Counted from the whole stretch's first letter, positions 1-10,452 are shown. The stretch: 59,252 nt of DNA, filler included, from Actinomycetota bacterium (GCA_046725875.1; 5 parts of 5 records of this genome joined end to end with filler, not necessarily neighbours in it); one strand, 5' to 3'. Notes: generated by a model from the letters alone, not told the origin. Numbers and translations: made by a program.

Positions 1-645
1 ATGGGCCTCATCCACATCGAGCTGTTCGCAACCCTCGACCTCGTCGGGCAGGCGCCCGGCGGCCCCGACGAGGACCCGGTGGGGTTCCCGTTCGGCGGCT
101 GGCAGGCGCCCCTGCTGGACGAGGTCGCCGGGGCGCAGGTCAGTGCCGCGTATGAGGGCACCGACGCCCTCCTGCTCGGCCGGCGGACGTATGACATCTT
201 CGCCGCCTACTGGCCGTACCAGGAGGGCGGCGAGGACAACGAGATCGCCACGCTGTTCAACAACGTCCCGAAGTACGTGGCCTCCCGCGGCCGGCCCGAC
301 CTCTCGTGGGCCCGGTCGACGCAGCTCGGCCCGGATCTGGCCGGCGCGGTGCGCGAGATCCGTGACCGGCACGAGCACGTGAAAGTCGTCGGAAGCCTGA
401 ACCTGGTGCAGACCCTCCTGCGCGAGAAGCTCTTCGACCGTATCGACCTCTGGGTACACCCGGTCGTGCTCGGCGTCGGGAAGAAGGTGTTCGACGGTGG
501 CGCGGTGCCCACGAACGTCACACTCCTCGAACCGCCGGTAGCCGGTCCGAAGGGCACCGTGTACCTGCGCTACGGGCTCGCCGATGGCACGCCCGGGACC
601 GGGGACATGAGCGCACCCGATCGCGGTGCCGGGCGCGACGGCTGA
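1..645 (+). CDS. Dihydrofolate reductase-family (RibD C-terminal-like) protein
   Basis: TLDxxxQAPGGPDED, LLLGRRTY, VVGSLNLVQTL and PVVLGVGKKVF motifs. Confidence 0.9.
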   Translation: MGLIHIELFATLDLVGQAPGGPDEDPVGFPFGGWQAPLLDEVAGAQVSAAYEGTDALLLGRRTYDIFAAYWPYQEGGEDNEIATLFNNVPKYVASRGRPDLSWARSTQLGPDLAGAVREIRDRHEHVKVVGSLNLVQTLLREKLFDRIDLWVHPVVLGVGKKVFDGGAVPTNVTLLEPPVAGPKGTVYLRYGLADGTPGTGDMSAPDRGAGRDG

Positions 646-979
646 CGCCGCCCAGCGCCAGGTGGGTCCGTGTCGTCGGCGGTGAATCCGCCAGGTCGGC
701 ATTCCGTCACGGCGTGGGAAGTTAGAGGTGCCGGCGCCGTGACGAAGTGCCTCGCCAGAGGGTCGCCGCCGTCACGCAATGGCCTGGCAGGCCCCGTCGC
801 CCTAGGCTCGACCGGAGCACCCTTTCAAGAGCTGGCTTGCCGTCGGCGCGTCGTCCTGCCGCTTCGCTACACGTCTGACTACTCACGCAGATGGCGACGC
901 CGGGAGCGAGGATCAACCTGCCCTCACCCCCGGCGTCTGCGGCTACGGGAGACTCCGTCCGTCTCGGTGCTCCAGCCGC

Positions 980-2911
980 TTACGGTGTTGTATCGCCGTA
1001 AATGTTTTGGTCCAGCCCGCCCGCATATGGACAGGTGTCGGGGCCCCAGCTGCCGTCGGGGTTCTGCACTCTGCATTGATGGACGTCGGCCGTAGCGCCG
1101 TCCTCGTCGCCGGCGCCCTCGCGTGGGTCGGTGCCCTGAACGACGTTTCGCCAGTCGGTCCACGTCCCATAGGAGAACGAGCCGACCGAGGAGATGTACA
1201 GGTAATCACCCCCGAACGGGAAGCTACGGCCACCGAACTGCTCGTAGTTCGGGTTGGTCGTCACGTCACTCACCCTGACTGCAGGGGTCCAGGCGAGCGT
1301 CGCGGTGGACGCCTGGGTGGCGAAGACATCCAGCGAAGGCACCACCGTGCGGTCTGCGCAGTTGCCTAGCGGTCGCCTGGGGTCGAAGCACCTGTCGTTA
1401 CGGCTGTCCCACCAGAGGACGTGTGCTTGTCCCGCATCCACCGAGATGTCAGGGAACCGCTGAAGGCCACCGCGAGTGCGTGGGTCGTCGATGAGCGCCG
1501 GCGCCGTGTGCGTACCGTTGCTGCCATTGAGTCGCAGGAAATAGATGCCGGAGACGCTGCCGATACCGTGGTGGTACTTCTCCGGCAGGTCCGCCGATGT
1601 GATCGAGTCGTATGTGGTGCCGCTGGGGACCTCTGTGCCAGGGATCGACGGGTCGTAGACCAGGTAGACGTACTGGTGCGCCTTATCGCCCTGGTCGGCG
1701 GTCGACCGGATCTGCGTGCCACCGCGCATGAAGGTGTATCCGGACGCGCAGTGGGCGGCGAAGTCGCCGCAGGATCCCGCCACCGATCCCACGGCCCGTT
1801 CCTCGATCGCTTCAGGTGACTCACCACCGCCGGCCTTGGGCGCCGCCCCTACCGGCTGCGGGTCGGCGATGTCGGTTGGGTCGTACGGTTCGAACCCGGT
1901 AATCCGGTGCGGTGCGCTGAACGTGCGACCGCAGTTGCGCGACACGTTGTATGCGATCGCGTCTTGCTGCTGATGGCTCCGCACGTCCGCGAACTGCCGG
2001 TAAGTGATGAAGACCGAGCCGTCACCGGTGATCGAGATGTCCGGGAACTGGATGTCGTGGACCGTCTGGCTGATCTTCAGCGGCGAGCTGAACGTCCTAC
2101 CGTGATCGGTGGAGCGGACGACGTAGACGCTCGAGTTGAAGCCGTTGGGCGTGTTGCCGGTGAATCGCGCCCAGGCGAAGTACACGGTGCCGTCGCAGGA
2201 GCCGCCGGTTCTGTCGACCTCGATCGCCGTCTTGTCATGAAACTTGCCGAGCAGGTTTGGCGCGGCCGAGCCTTGCGCCACGGTGACCGTTCGGACAAAC
2301 CGCTTCCCGTCCTGCACGGTCGCCCCGCCGGTTCCGCCGGGGTTGTCGAAGGTGGCAACCCAGACGTCTCCGAAGGTCTTGGCGGTGCCGGCCGGGTCAC
2401 CTGAGCTCTCCGACCCGGCGAACAATCGACCGAACCGGTCCCAGGCAAGCACCGGGTCGCCGGCACCGGATGTGCGGACATGAGCATTGGCGGCGAAGGG
2501 CGAGGTGTCTCCCGGGTAGCCGGGCACCAGGGAACTCGTGAAGGAACTACCGGCATTCTCCGACCGGTAGTAGCCCAGCCACACGACGCCCACTCCCAGG
2601 AAGGACCCGTTGGCCTGAAAGACCCCGCAGTAGTCGTTGGAACTACCGATCACGACGTTTGGATTGCGCGGGTCGACCGCCACGGCGGGTTCGTTCTGCC
2701 GCCCGCGACTCTGTGAGCAGGCCGTCAGCACCGGATCCGTGTACGGCTGGCCCGTGACCATCGTGTAGTTACTGACGTAGCCGCCGGTTCCGGGGGCGTC
2801 GTTGCTGAGCCGGACATCTGCACCTACCGCGGACGCCGAACCTCCTGAGCTGAGGACGGTGGCTGCACCGAGGGCAGTCGCCAGGACCCCCACCGCTGAT
2901 CGCCGTAACAT
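980..2911 (-). CDS. Secreted Asp-box (BNR)/sialidase-like beta-propeller protein
   Basis: ATG at 2911 after a GGAGGT RBS; signal peptide MLRRSAVGVLATALGAATVL..ASA; Asp-boxes YRSENAGSSF, VRSTDHGRTF, VSRNCGRTF; QNEP, DK and GDY motifs. Confidence 0.75.
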   Translation of the reverse strand: MLRRSAVGVLATALGAATVLSSGGSASAVGADVRLSNDAPGTGGYVSNYTMVTGQPYTDPVLTACSQSRGRQNEPAVAVDPRNPNVVIGSSNDYCGVFQANGSFLGVGVVWLGYYRSENAGSSFTSSLVPGYPGDTSPFAANAHVRTSGAGDPVLAWDRFGRLFAGSESSGDPAGTAKTFGDVWVATFDNPGGTGGATVQDGKRFVRTVTVAQGSAAPNLLGKFHDKTAIEVDRTGGSCDGTVYFAWARFTGNTPNGFNSSVYVVRSTDHGRTFSSPLKISQTVHDIQFPDISITGDGSVFITYRQFADVRSHQQQDAIAYNVSRNCGRTFSAPHRITGFEPYDPTDIADPQPVGAAPKAGGGESPEAIEERAVGSVAGSCGDFAAHCASGYTFMRGGTQIRSTADQGDKAHQYVYLVYDPSIPGTEVPSGTTYDSITSADLPEKYHHGIGSVSGIYFLRLNGSNGTHTAPALIDDPRTRGGLQRFPDISVDAGQAHVLWWDSRNDRCFDPRRPLGNCADRTVVPSLDVFATQASTATLAWTPAVRVSDVTTNPNYEQFGGRSFPFGGDYLYISSVGSFSYGTWTDWRNVVQGTDPREGAGDEDGATADVHQCRVQNPDGSWGPDTCPYAGGLDQNIYGDTTP

Positions 2912-3359
2912 TAAGCACCTCCAGCTGTCAAGGAGCGTCATCGCTGACCATAGACCCCCGTCCACGCCGGGAGAAGCCGCACCGCCAAACCGGGTTGAGG
3001 ACGACGTCGCCGGGAGGTCGATCCATGCCCGAGGCTTGATCCTCGGCGCATCGGTGCCGAGCCTAGGTACGCACGTTGAGTGCGGTCGGTCGGCACTGGC
3101 CAAGAGCTCTGCTGGGCGTGATCACACATCGCAGAACCTCAGCGGGGGGAACCGCCACGACCGCACGCACGCACTTGAAACAGGCGCGGATCCCTGTGCG
3201 GCAGTTTCACCCACGGCACTTAGTCTTCAGACTCGGGCATGCAGATATGTACAGTGTCAAAAACTTGGATGTACGGTTCCAATTTGGAGTGATTTCTCAA
3301 GATGACCCGACGGTGGAGCCCCTGTAGAACTGGGTGAGTCCACTCGAGGAGCTGATGCG

Positions 3360-4283
3360 GTGTTCGGTAGTCAGCGCTACAGCGAACGACCGCCCAGACC
3401 GGAGCTCAGGAAGCTCGTCTCGTGCGTCTGGACACTCCAGGCTTCGAGCGACGGCCCCGCGTTCGAGCACCGAACGGTCCCGAACGGATGCGCCGAGATC
3501 GCGTACATCCATGACACCGGTCAGGTCCTGGTGGCTGGACCCAGGCGAGAGAGCACGCTAGAACGACTGGCTCCTGGTCGGACCGTCGTTGGCGTGCGGC
3601 TTCATCCCGGGGTCGCCCCGCGGATCCTCGCTGCGACCGGTGCCGAACTTGTCGACCTGAAGGTCGGCGCAGACATCCTCTGGGGACGCCGCACGGTCAC
3701 GCTCACCGAACGGCTTCTCGAAGCGCCCGCAGCAGAGGATGCGGCCAGGCTGCTCGAGCAGGAGATCCTCACGAGGCATAGTGCCGCTCGCGACCCCGAT
3801 CTCCTGGTCGCAGAAGCGCTCCGCCGCGTGCAACCATGGCAGCCAATACATTTGGCTGACACCGCCTCCGAGCTCTTCATCTCGCCGCGCCAGCTGCGAC
3901 GACGGTTTCTGTCTACGTTCGGATTCGGCCCAAAGACCATGCAACGCATCCTGCGTTTCCAGGGCTTCCTGGCGCTCGCGAACGCGAGCCACGCTGCCGA
4001 TCTCACGATCGGTCGCCTCGCGGCGGCCGCTGGCTACTCCGATCAAGCACACATGAGCCACGAGTGCTCCCGGCTCACTGGCCTCGCCCCGAAAGGTCTC
4101 CTTTCGGAGTTGCGGCGCACCTGCGGGCCGAATCACGATCACGCCACGTCTTTCGCACCACTGCGCCAGGCCCTCCTCCTGACCGCGCGACGAGAATCCG
4201 ACGTGATGCCCGCTCGGTCTCGAGCACCCTACCTGGATCGAGGCAGCCTGCCACTTTCGGTCAGATCATCTATGCGCCGTTAG
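3360..4283 (+). CDS. AraC-family regulator (DUF6597-type N-terminus plus HTH_18)
   Basis: YSERPP..LVSCVW, VPNGC, SPRQLRRRF..GFGPK..RILRFQ, AGYSDQAHM. Confidence 0.9.
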   Translation: MFGSQRYSERPPRPELRKLVSCVWTLQASSDGPAFEHRTVPNGCAEIAYIHDTGQVLVAGPRRESTLERLAPGRTVVGVRLHPGVAPRILAATGAELVDLKVGADILWGRRTVTLTERLLEAPAAEDAARLLEQEILTRHSAARDPDLLVAEALRRVQPWQPIHLADTASELFISPRQLRRRFLSTFGFGPKTMQRILRFQGFLALANASHAADLTIGRLAAAAGYSDQAHMSHECSRLTGLAPKGLLSELRRTCGPNHDHATSFAPLRQALLLTARRESDVMPARSRAPYLDRGSLPLSVRSSMRR

Positions 4284-4350
4284 GTTGCACGTTCGTCGTC
4301 GTCAAAGAGGCGTTGCTGGGCAAGTGGTAGGCCGGCCGCGTACCCAAGAG

Positions 4351-4399
4351 GTCCGTTTCTTCCAAGAGCCCAGGAACCGGGGATTCGTACGTTCGGCAC
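4351..4399 (+). promoter_or_regulatory. Candidate AraC target box plus leaderless -10 for the MFS gene
   Basis: GTCCGTTTCTTCCAAGAG at 4351-4368; TACGTT at 4388-4393, 6 nt before ATG 4400; no RBS. Confidence 0.4.
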
Positions 4400-5779
4400 A
4401 TGACGATCCGCGCACTCCCGGACGACCCACGAACCGCCGCGGCAGCAGTGTCGCTGCGTCTCCTCGCGGCGGCGACCGTGATCGGCAGCGTCGGTCTGGG
4501 TGCCGGCGGTGCGGCGGGACCTCTGCTCGCCGCAGACATAGTGGGCTCCGAGGCTGTCGCGGGCTTGCCGCTGGGTGTCTTGATCGGAGGAGCAGCGGTC
4601 GGCGCAATCGCGATCTCCCGTCGCACGAGCCTGCGCGGTCGCGGGTCCGGCCTCTCACTCGGGTATGCGGTCGGCAGTGTCGGTGCCGTCATCGTGATCG
4701 GTGGCGCCATCGTCAGCAGCCTCGTCGTCGTGCTCGCGGGAACCCTCCTCCTCGGAACTGCGAGCGCGGCAGTTTTCCTGTCGCGCTATGCGGCCGCTGA
4801 GCTCGCCGGCCCGGGCGCCCGTGGCCGGGGTGTCGGGACAATTCTGTGGGCCGCGACTGTGGGCGCAGTCGCAAGCCCCAACCTGCTCGCTCCAACCGGA
4901 TGGCTGGCGGCGCTCCTGGGCCTACCCAGACTGACGGGGCTGTTCGTCATCGCCGCCCCAGCCTTCCTGATAGCCGCTGCGACCACGGGAGTCGGGCTTC
5001 GTCGCGCTGCCCCCGATCTCGGACGAAGCAACCTGGTCCGGGGACGCGAGGTCCGGATACACGAAGCAGTCATGCAGAGCCTGCGATCGAAACCCTCACG
5101 CCTGGCCCTGACCATCCTCGCGACCACGAACCTGGTGATGGTGGGAATCATGGCCGTGGCGCCGGTGCAATTGATCGAACACGGTCACCACCTGGGTGCC
5201 GTTGGTTCCATTGTGAGCATCCACGTGGCAGGCATGTTCGCGCCCTCGCTCCTGACCGGTTGGCTCGCCGACCGCATCGGCGCTGCCCCCGTAGCGGCCG
5301 GCGGCACACTCCTGCTGGCCGCGAGCGGCGTTTGGGGTGCATTCGTCGACCTGGACGGATCGATGGCGGTCACGGCGTTTCTGCTGCTGGTGGGGATCGC
5401 ATGGAACGGCGGAATCGTCGGCGGGAGTGCCATGCTCGCGGCGTCGGTCCACGGGTCCGCGCGAGCGCAGGCCGAAGGGATCGGGGAGGTCGCGATGAGC
5501 ACCGCGGCGGCGGTAGCGGCACCTACCGCAGGCCCGATCGTCTCCGCCGGAGGGTTCGGCGCACTCACCGCGTTGGGAGCGGCAGCAGCCACAGCGGTAC
5601 TCATCGCGGGCGTCGCCGCTGGGCCCAGGGTATCGACGGCGGACATATCCCGTGAGGAGGAACCGATGCGCTTCCAGTTTGTGTGCAAGGCGAAGGTACA
5701 AGGGGCAGTCCCGGTCCGAGCGGACACCGGTCACGTCCGTCCAGCGGCAAGAGAGGCGAGCCTGCGGGCCCTCGGATGA
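4400..5779 (+). CDS. MFS transporter
   Basis: About 12 hydrophobic segments; GWLADRIG motif; SRYAAAE; HVAGMFAPS. Confidence 0.85.
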   Translation: MTIRALPDDPRTAAAAVSLRLLAAATVIGSVGLGAGGAAGPLLAADIVGSEAVAGLPLGVLIGGAAVGAIAISRRTSLRGRGSGLSLGYAVGSVGAVIVIGGAIVSSLVVVLAGTLLLGTASAAVFLSRYAAAELAGPGARGRGVGTILWAATVGAVASPNLLAPTGWLAALLGLPRLTGLFVIAAPAFLIAAATTGVGLRRAAPDLGRSNLVRGREVRIHEAVMQSLRSKPSRLALTILATTNLVMVGIMAVAPVQLIEHGHHLGAVGSIVSIHVAGMFAPSLLTGWLADRIGAAPVAAGGTLLLAASGVWGAFVDLDGSMAVTAFLLLVGIAWNGGIVGGSAMLAASVHGSARAQAEGIGEVAMSTAAAVAAPTAGPIVSAGGFGALTALGAAAATAVLIAGVAAGPRVSTADISREEEPMRFQFVCKAKVQGAVPVRADTGHVRPAAREASLRALG

Positions 5780-5803
5780 GAGGACTCGACGGAGGGAGAA
5801 ATC

Positions 5804-6265
5804 ATGACTGAGCAAGACACCATCCCAGCCACCACGCAGACGATCACCCCCCACATCGTGGTTCACGACGGCGCGGCGGCCGTGGCCTGGTACTCGACGG
5901 TCCTCGGCGCCAGGGAAGACCTGCGGATCGAACTGCCGAACGGCAAGCTGCTGGTCGAGCTGTGGTTTGGCGAGGCGCGGCTGATGTTGGCCGACGAATT
6001 TCCGGATATGGGGATCGTTTCGCCTCGAACCCTCGGGGGGACGTATATGGCCCTCTACCTGACGGTGGGGGACGTGGACGCTGTCTGGGATCGCGCCCTT
6101 GAAGCGGGTGCAGAGGTCTTCGTCCCGCTGGGCGACAGCTTCTGGGGGGATCGCCAAGGGCAGATCATCGATCCCTTTGGCCATCGCTGGGGCTTCTCCC
6201 AGCACCTCCGTGATGTCCCCGCGGAGGAGGTCAAGGCAGCCGCGATTGCGGCATTCGGAGGTTGA
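5804..6265 (+). CDS. VOC/glyoxalase (PhnB-like) protein
   Basis: ITPHIVV, LMLADEFP, FWGDRQGQIIDPFGHRW; GGAGGGAG RBS. Confidence 0.9.
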   Translation: MTEQDTIPATTQTITPHIVVHDGAAAVAWYSTVLGAREDLRIELPNGKLLVELWFGEARLMLADEFPDMGIVSPRTLGGTYMALYLTVGDVDAVWDRALEAGAEVFVPLGDSFWGDRQGQIIDPFGHRWGFSQHLRDVPAEEVKAAAIAAFGG

Positions 6266-6341
6266 TCGTGAAGACAGCCGATGAGAACAGCTTGGCTTGG
6301 TCGCCCAAGCGAGAACGACACACCGGGTCGGGAGCAGCGTG

Positions 6342-7391
6342 ATGCGTTACCACTTGTTCGGCCGGAGTGGCCTGCGGGTCTCGGAACTATTCCTGGGCAC
6401 CATGACATTCGGCGAGCAGGGCGGGGTCGGCGCTCCCCCTGAGGAGTGTCGCCGGATACTCGACGCGTACGCCGACGCGGGTGGCACGGTCGTCGACACC
6501 GCGAGCAACTACCGCGACGGGGCGAGCGAGGAGATTCTCGGAGAGCTCCTCGTCGGGCGTCGCGACCGCTTCGTGGTGATGTCCAAATACACGGTCTCGC
6601 GCGATCGCCATGACCCGAACGCCGCGGGCAACCACCGCAAGAACCTGCGGCTGTCCCTTGACCGCAGCCTTCGCCGGCTGCGCACCGACTACCTCGACGT
6701 GTGCTGGGTGCACGTCTGGGATCGACACACCCCCATTGAGGAGACCATGCGCGCCCTCGACGATGAGGTCCGCGCGGGACGCATCCTCTACATCGGCATC
6801 TCCGACACGCCCGCGTGGATCGTGTCGCGCGCGAACACGCTTGCCGAATGGCGCGGCTGGACTCTGTTCGTTGGGCTTCAGGTCCCGTACAGCCTCGTGC
6901 AGCGTGACATCGAACGTGACCTGCTTCCTATGGCCGAGGCATACGGCATGGCCGTGGCGGCGTGGGGACCGCTCGCTGGGGGAATCCTCTCCGGCAAGTA
7001 CACGCAACCAGGTGGCCCTGGGCCGCGCACCCGGATCGACCCCGCATCGCTGACCGACGATCAGCGCAGCATCGCAGCCGAGGTCCAGGCCGTCGCCGAC
7101 GAGCTCGGCGTTACCGCGTCCCAGGTTGCTATCGCATGGACGCGGGCGCGTTCACCGGCCATCCATCCGATCGTCGGCGCCCGTCACGTCGACCAGCTCA
7201 TCAACAACCTCGGCGCGGTAAAGTTCGAACTCCCGCCTGACATCACGGGACGGCTGGAGGCCGCGGCTCCCATCGAAGTTGGCTTCCCGACAACCTTCAT
7301 CCGCGAGATCACTCCGTGGGCCTTCGGCACAGCTGATCCCTTCACGGTCGCCGAGGGGAAGAGCGAGGGCAAGAATGGCGACTCTCGATGA
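6342..7391 (+). CDS. Aldo/keto reductase
   Basis: GRSGLRVSELFLGTMTFG, DTASNY, SLRRLRTDYLD, PIVGAR. Confidence 0.92.
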   Translation: MRYHLFGRSGLRVSELFLGTMTFGEQGGVGAPPEECRRILDAYADAGGTVVDTASNYRDGASEEILGELLVGRRDRFVVMSKYTVSRDRHDPNAAGNHRKNLRLSLDRSLRRLRTDYLDVCWVHVWDRHTPIEETMRALDDEVRAGRILYIGISDTPAWIVSRANTLAEWRGWTLFVGLQVPYSLVQRDIERDLLPMAEAYGMAVAAWGPLAGGILSGKYTQPGGPGPRTRIDPASLTDDQRSIAAEVQAVADELGVTASQVAIAWTRARSPAIHPIVGARHVDQLINNLGAVKFELPPDITGRLEAAAPIEVGFPTTFIREITPWAFGTADPFTVAEGKSEGKNGDSR

Positions 7392-8073
7392 ATGGTCGAC
7401 GGTGCTGCCCTCCCATGGAGACGGAACCAGAAATTCCACGTGGCGCGTGCATCGCTACCGTCCAGGACCCCACGTTGATCCGCGACAGGCGGTCCCGGGG
7501 GCGGGGGATCCCTCGGAGCCAAGCCTTCGTCGAGCGGACCAACGGGGGTGGGTCCGGCCGTGCATACCGGCCAGGCCATCGACGCGACCGCAGTTGCCAG
7601 AACGCTAGGTGACCTGGTCACTTGCGGTCGATACTCCGCAAGTGGAGCAGGACGCGGATCGGTTGGCCAACTAGGCAACGCGCTGGAAGGGGTTCGCTCG
7701 GGTACACCGTGCACCCCCCGCTGCTCCAGTCTCGGCGGGTGCCGCACGGGCTCATCGGCACATGGAGCGGTGAGAACTCCCGCCCTGGCCGGATTCGTGA
7801 CGATCGCGGCCCGCGGCCACTACCGCTCCGACGTGGGAGACCACGATGCCAAACCGAGCCGGGCGACGGTCAGCGCATGCCCCGCCGGTTGGCTTGATGG
7901 AACGCGCCGATGCTCCCCCGGTTCACCGCTTGCAGCGATTGGTGCCGCGCGACCATGCCGACCGGAATTTTCGTAAAACCTCACGATCTTGCTGTTTGGT
8001 CGGCCACTCGAGCCATGACTGGACCGTCCATGGACATTGTCGCCATCTAGGCTGGTTTGGGACGTGGAAGAGA

Positions 8074-9396
8074 TCACGCGGGGAGCGTGCGCAAGGCGCG
8101 GGTGTCTGCTGCGAGCAGATCGGCGATTTGTTCGGCTTCGCCGGGCTGGAGGTCGGCGATGGTGATACGGATGGCCGGCGGTGTGTCCAGGCGGAACCGT
8201 TCGCCGGCCGCCACCGCGAAACCACCGTCAAGGAGCCTGCGGACCACCAACGCCTCGTGTGCGACAGGTATCCAGACGTTGAGCCCGCTGACGCCGTACG
8301 CAGGCACCCCGTTGGAGTGAAGCGAGTTCAGCAGATCGCGGCGGCGGCTGTCATAGGTGCGGGTTGCCTTATCGAGCACCTTCGCGGATCGTGGATCCTG
8401 CAGCAGCGCTGCGACCAGTGACTGCAGGATGTGGCTCACCCAGCCGGTGCCGATGCGCTGCCGAATGGTCAACTGGCGGACGGTGTAGTCGTCGCCGGTG
8501 AGGATCGCGACGCGCAGGTCTGGGCCGAGGATTTTGGACATCGACCGCACCACGCACCAGTGTTCCGGTCCGCCCGTGGTAAGGCCGACATAGTCGACGC
8601 CGGCGACGGCACCGATGTAGTCGTCCTCGATCAGCAGGACCTCTGGGTGGACTGACAGTACCGCGCGCAGCTCTTTGGCCCTGTCCGCGTCGATACTCGC
8701 CCCGGTCGGGTTCTGCGCTCGTGGGGTCATGATGCACGCGGCAACCCGTTGCGCGAGCGCGCGCTGCAGGGACTCTGGCTGCGGGCCGCGGTCGTCGACG
8801 GTGATGGGCACCGGTACGAGCCCGGCCATGGTGACCAGATCGAGTAGGCGGGCAAAGCCTGGGTCCTCGACCGCGACCCGGTCGCCGGGTCGAGCGTAGA
8901 TGGCGAGCACCCGCTCAATGCCATCGAGTGCGCCAGCCACCACCGCGATCGCGCTCGCGTCGACTCCGTCGGCCGCGAACGAGCGGGTGGCCAAGTCGAC
9001 GAGCTCGGGCAGGGGAGACTGATCACCGTAGAGCCCGGCCTTGGACGGAACCTTCCGCAGCGCCGCCTTAATCGAGGGTAGTAGGTCAGGGTCGGGGTTG
9101 CTCTGCGCGAGGTTGCGCACCTCCGCCGGGATGGGGGGGTCGGGCAAGGCAAGAAGTGCCTGCGATCGGGCGGTCACCCGAGTCCCTCGGCGACCAGCGC
9201 CCGTCACTAATCCTCGAACAGCCAACGTGCGATACGCCGCGGCCACCGTCACCGGGCTGACACCCAGCTGGTCTGCCATCCGGCGGACCGGTGGCACGAG
9301 ATCCCCCGAGCGCAGTCCACCACGGTCGATCTCGTGCTCCAAGGCTCGCACAATCCCCGCAGCCGAGCGGTCCTTGATCCTCAGTCGGTCGACCAC
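8074..9396 (-). CDS. MocR/PtsJ-like GntR regulator with PLP-dependent aminotransferase domain
   Basis: N-terminal wHTH (LGVSPVTVAAAY); NPDP, VEDPG, AQNPTG, IEDD, RSMSKILGPDLR; TACAGT 6 nt before the GTG start (leaderless). Confidence 0.9.
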   Translation of the reverse strand: MVDRLRIKDRSAAGIVRALEHEIDRGGLRSGDLVPPVRRMADQLGVSPVTVAAAYRTLAVRGLVTGAGRRGTRVTARSQALLALPDPPIPAEVRNLAQSNPDPDLLPSIKAALRKVPSKAGLYGDQSPLPELVDLATRSFAADGVDASAIAVVAGALDGIERVLAIYARPGDRVAVEDPGFARLLDLVTMAGLVPVPITVDDRGPQPESLQRALAQRVAACIMTPRAQNPTGASIDADRAKELRAVLSVHPEVLLIEDDYIGAVAGVDYVGLTTGGPEHWCVVRSMSKILGPDLRVAILTGDDYTVRQLTIRQRIGTGWVSHILQSLVAALLQDPRSAKVLDKATRTYDSRRRDLLNSLHSNGVPAYGVSGLNVWIPVAHEALVVRRLLDGGFAVAAGERFRLDTPPAIRITIADLQPGEAEQIADLLAADTRALRTLPA

Positions 9397-9717
9397 GTAC
9401 GTACTGTAACAGTGTTTCTGAAGTTGTTACTGGACACCGTCCGGCAGTCTGGCCGTCTGGCCCTCCTGGTCCGGCTCGGGTCTCGGGCGAGCACCACTGA
9501 TCTTGAGAGATACGTACCATATCGATAGTATCTTGATACTGTAACGAAGTTGCCAACTGGCCTTGAGCGCGCCCGGTGACTGCGAAGTCTGGTCGGAGTT
9601 CGGGACTATCCGGCGACGATGCCTGATCCTGCACGGTGACGTCCGGACGCGGCCTTGCCCTCGCGGGCACTTCCTCGCGCTTAAGAGGCAACGAGCTTCT
9701 GGTGTTGGGGGTAGGCG

Positions 9718-10452
9718 GTGCGGCCGGTTGAGGCATGGCGGATCCTGGGACTGCGGATGCGGGAGCTGCGCCAGGGCGTCGGGGTCTCGCTGGGGGAAGC
9801 AGCGGAGGCGTCGGGGTGGGGCAAGAGTCATTTGTCACGGGTTGAGCGGGGGTTTACCAAACCCAGCCGTAGCCTGGTGACGTGGTATGACTCGACATTT
9901 GGCGCCGGCGGTGCGGTGCTTCAGCAGCTGGCCGATCTGGAAGAGGCGGTTCGGATCGACCGCGAGGTCAGCCGGTCGGACCAGCGGGACAACCTGCGCC
10001 GGGTGTCATGCCCAGGAGGTGGACCGGCCGGGTCGGGTTTTGCCAACGGTGGGAGCGTTCCGGCCGCGTACGACGCCCGTGACCGGTCTGTGTTGGTTGC
10101 CGAAACCGTCCCGGACGGCACGATCATGCCAGCAGGGGCGACGTTCGCGAAGACCTGGACGGTGCGAAACGCAGGCCCTGTTCCCTGGCGGCAACGCTGG
10201 CCTACCAGGCAAGGCAGACCGGGGGTACCTGGGTGGCTGCGCTCACCAGTTCGCGTTGAGGTCGGCGACGTCCGTCCCGGAGCAAGCGTGGTGATTAAGG
10301 TCGAGCTGACGTGTCCGGATGTCGCCAGGTCCAGCGCGGCGTATTTCAAGATGACCGACCAGGATGGTCGACCGTACCTTCCGACCGCTGAGCCGCTGCA
10401 CTGCACGGTCACAGTTTTGGTTGAGTCGGCGACGGCCGGCATGGTCGGGTAG
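9718..10452 (+). CDS. XRE-family HTH fused to an NBR1-like Ig (FW) domain
   Basis: HTH: RELRQ..SLGEAAEASGWGKSHLSRVERG; C-terminal ETVPDGT..FAKTWTVRNAGPVPW..YFKMTDQDG. Confidence 0.8.
   Translation: MRPVEAWRILGLRMRELRQGVGVSLGEAAEASGWGKSHLSRVERGFTKPSRSLVTWYDSTFGAGGAVLQQLADLEEAVRIDREVSRSDQRDNLRRVSCPGGGPAGSGFANGGSVPAAYDARDRSVLVAETVPDGTIMPAGATFAKTWTVRNAGPVPWRQRWPTRQGRPGVPGWLRSPVRVEVGDVRPGASVVIKVELTCPDVARSSAAYFKMTDQDGRPYLPTAEPLHCTVTVLVESATAGMVG

Noticed and set aside
2912..3359. Long, partly AT-rich intergenic region as a riboswitch or ncRNA
   Set aside because: No recognisable conserved RNA motif; would need an Infernal/Rfam scan
7392..8073. Short ORFs between the AKR and MocR genes
   Set aside because: No coherent family signal; probably degraded DNA
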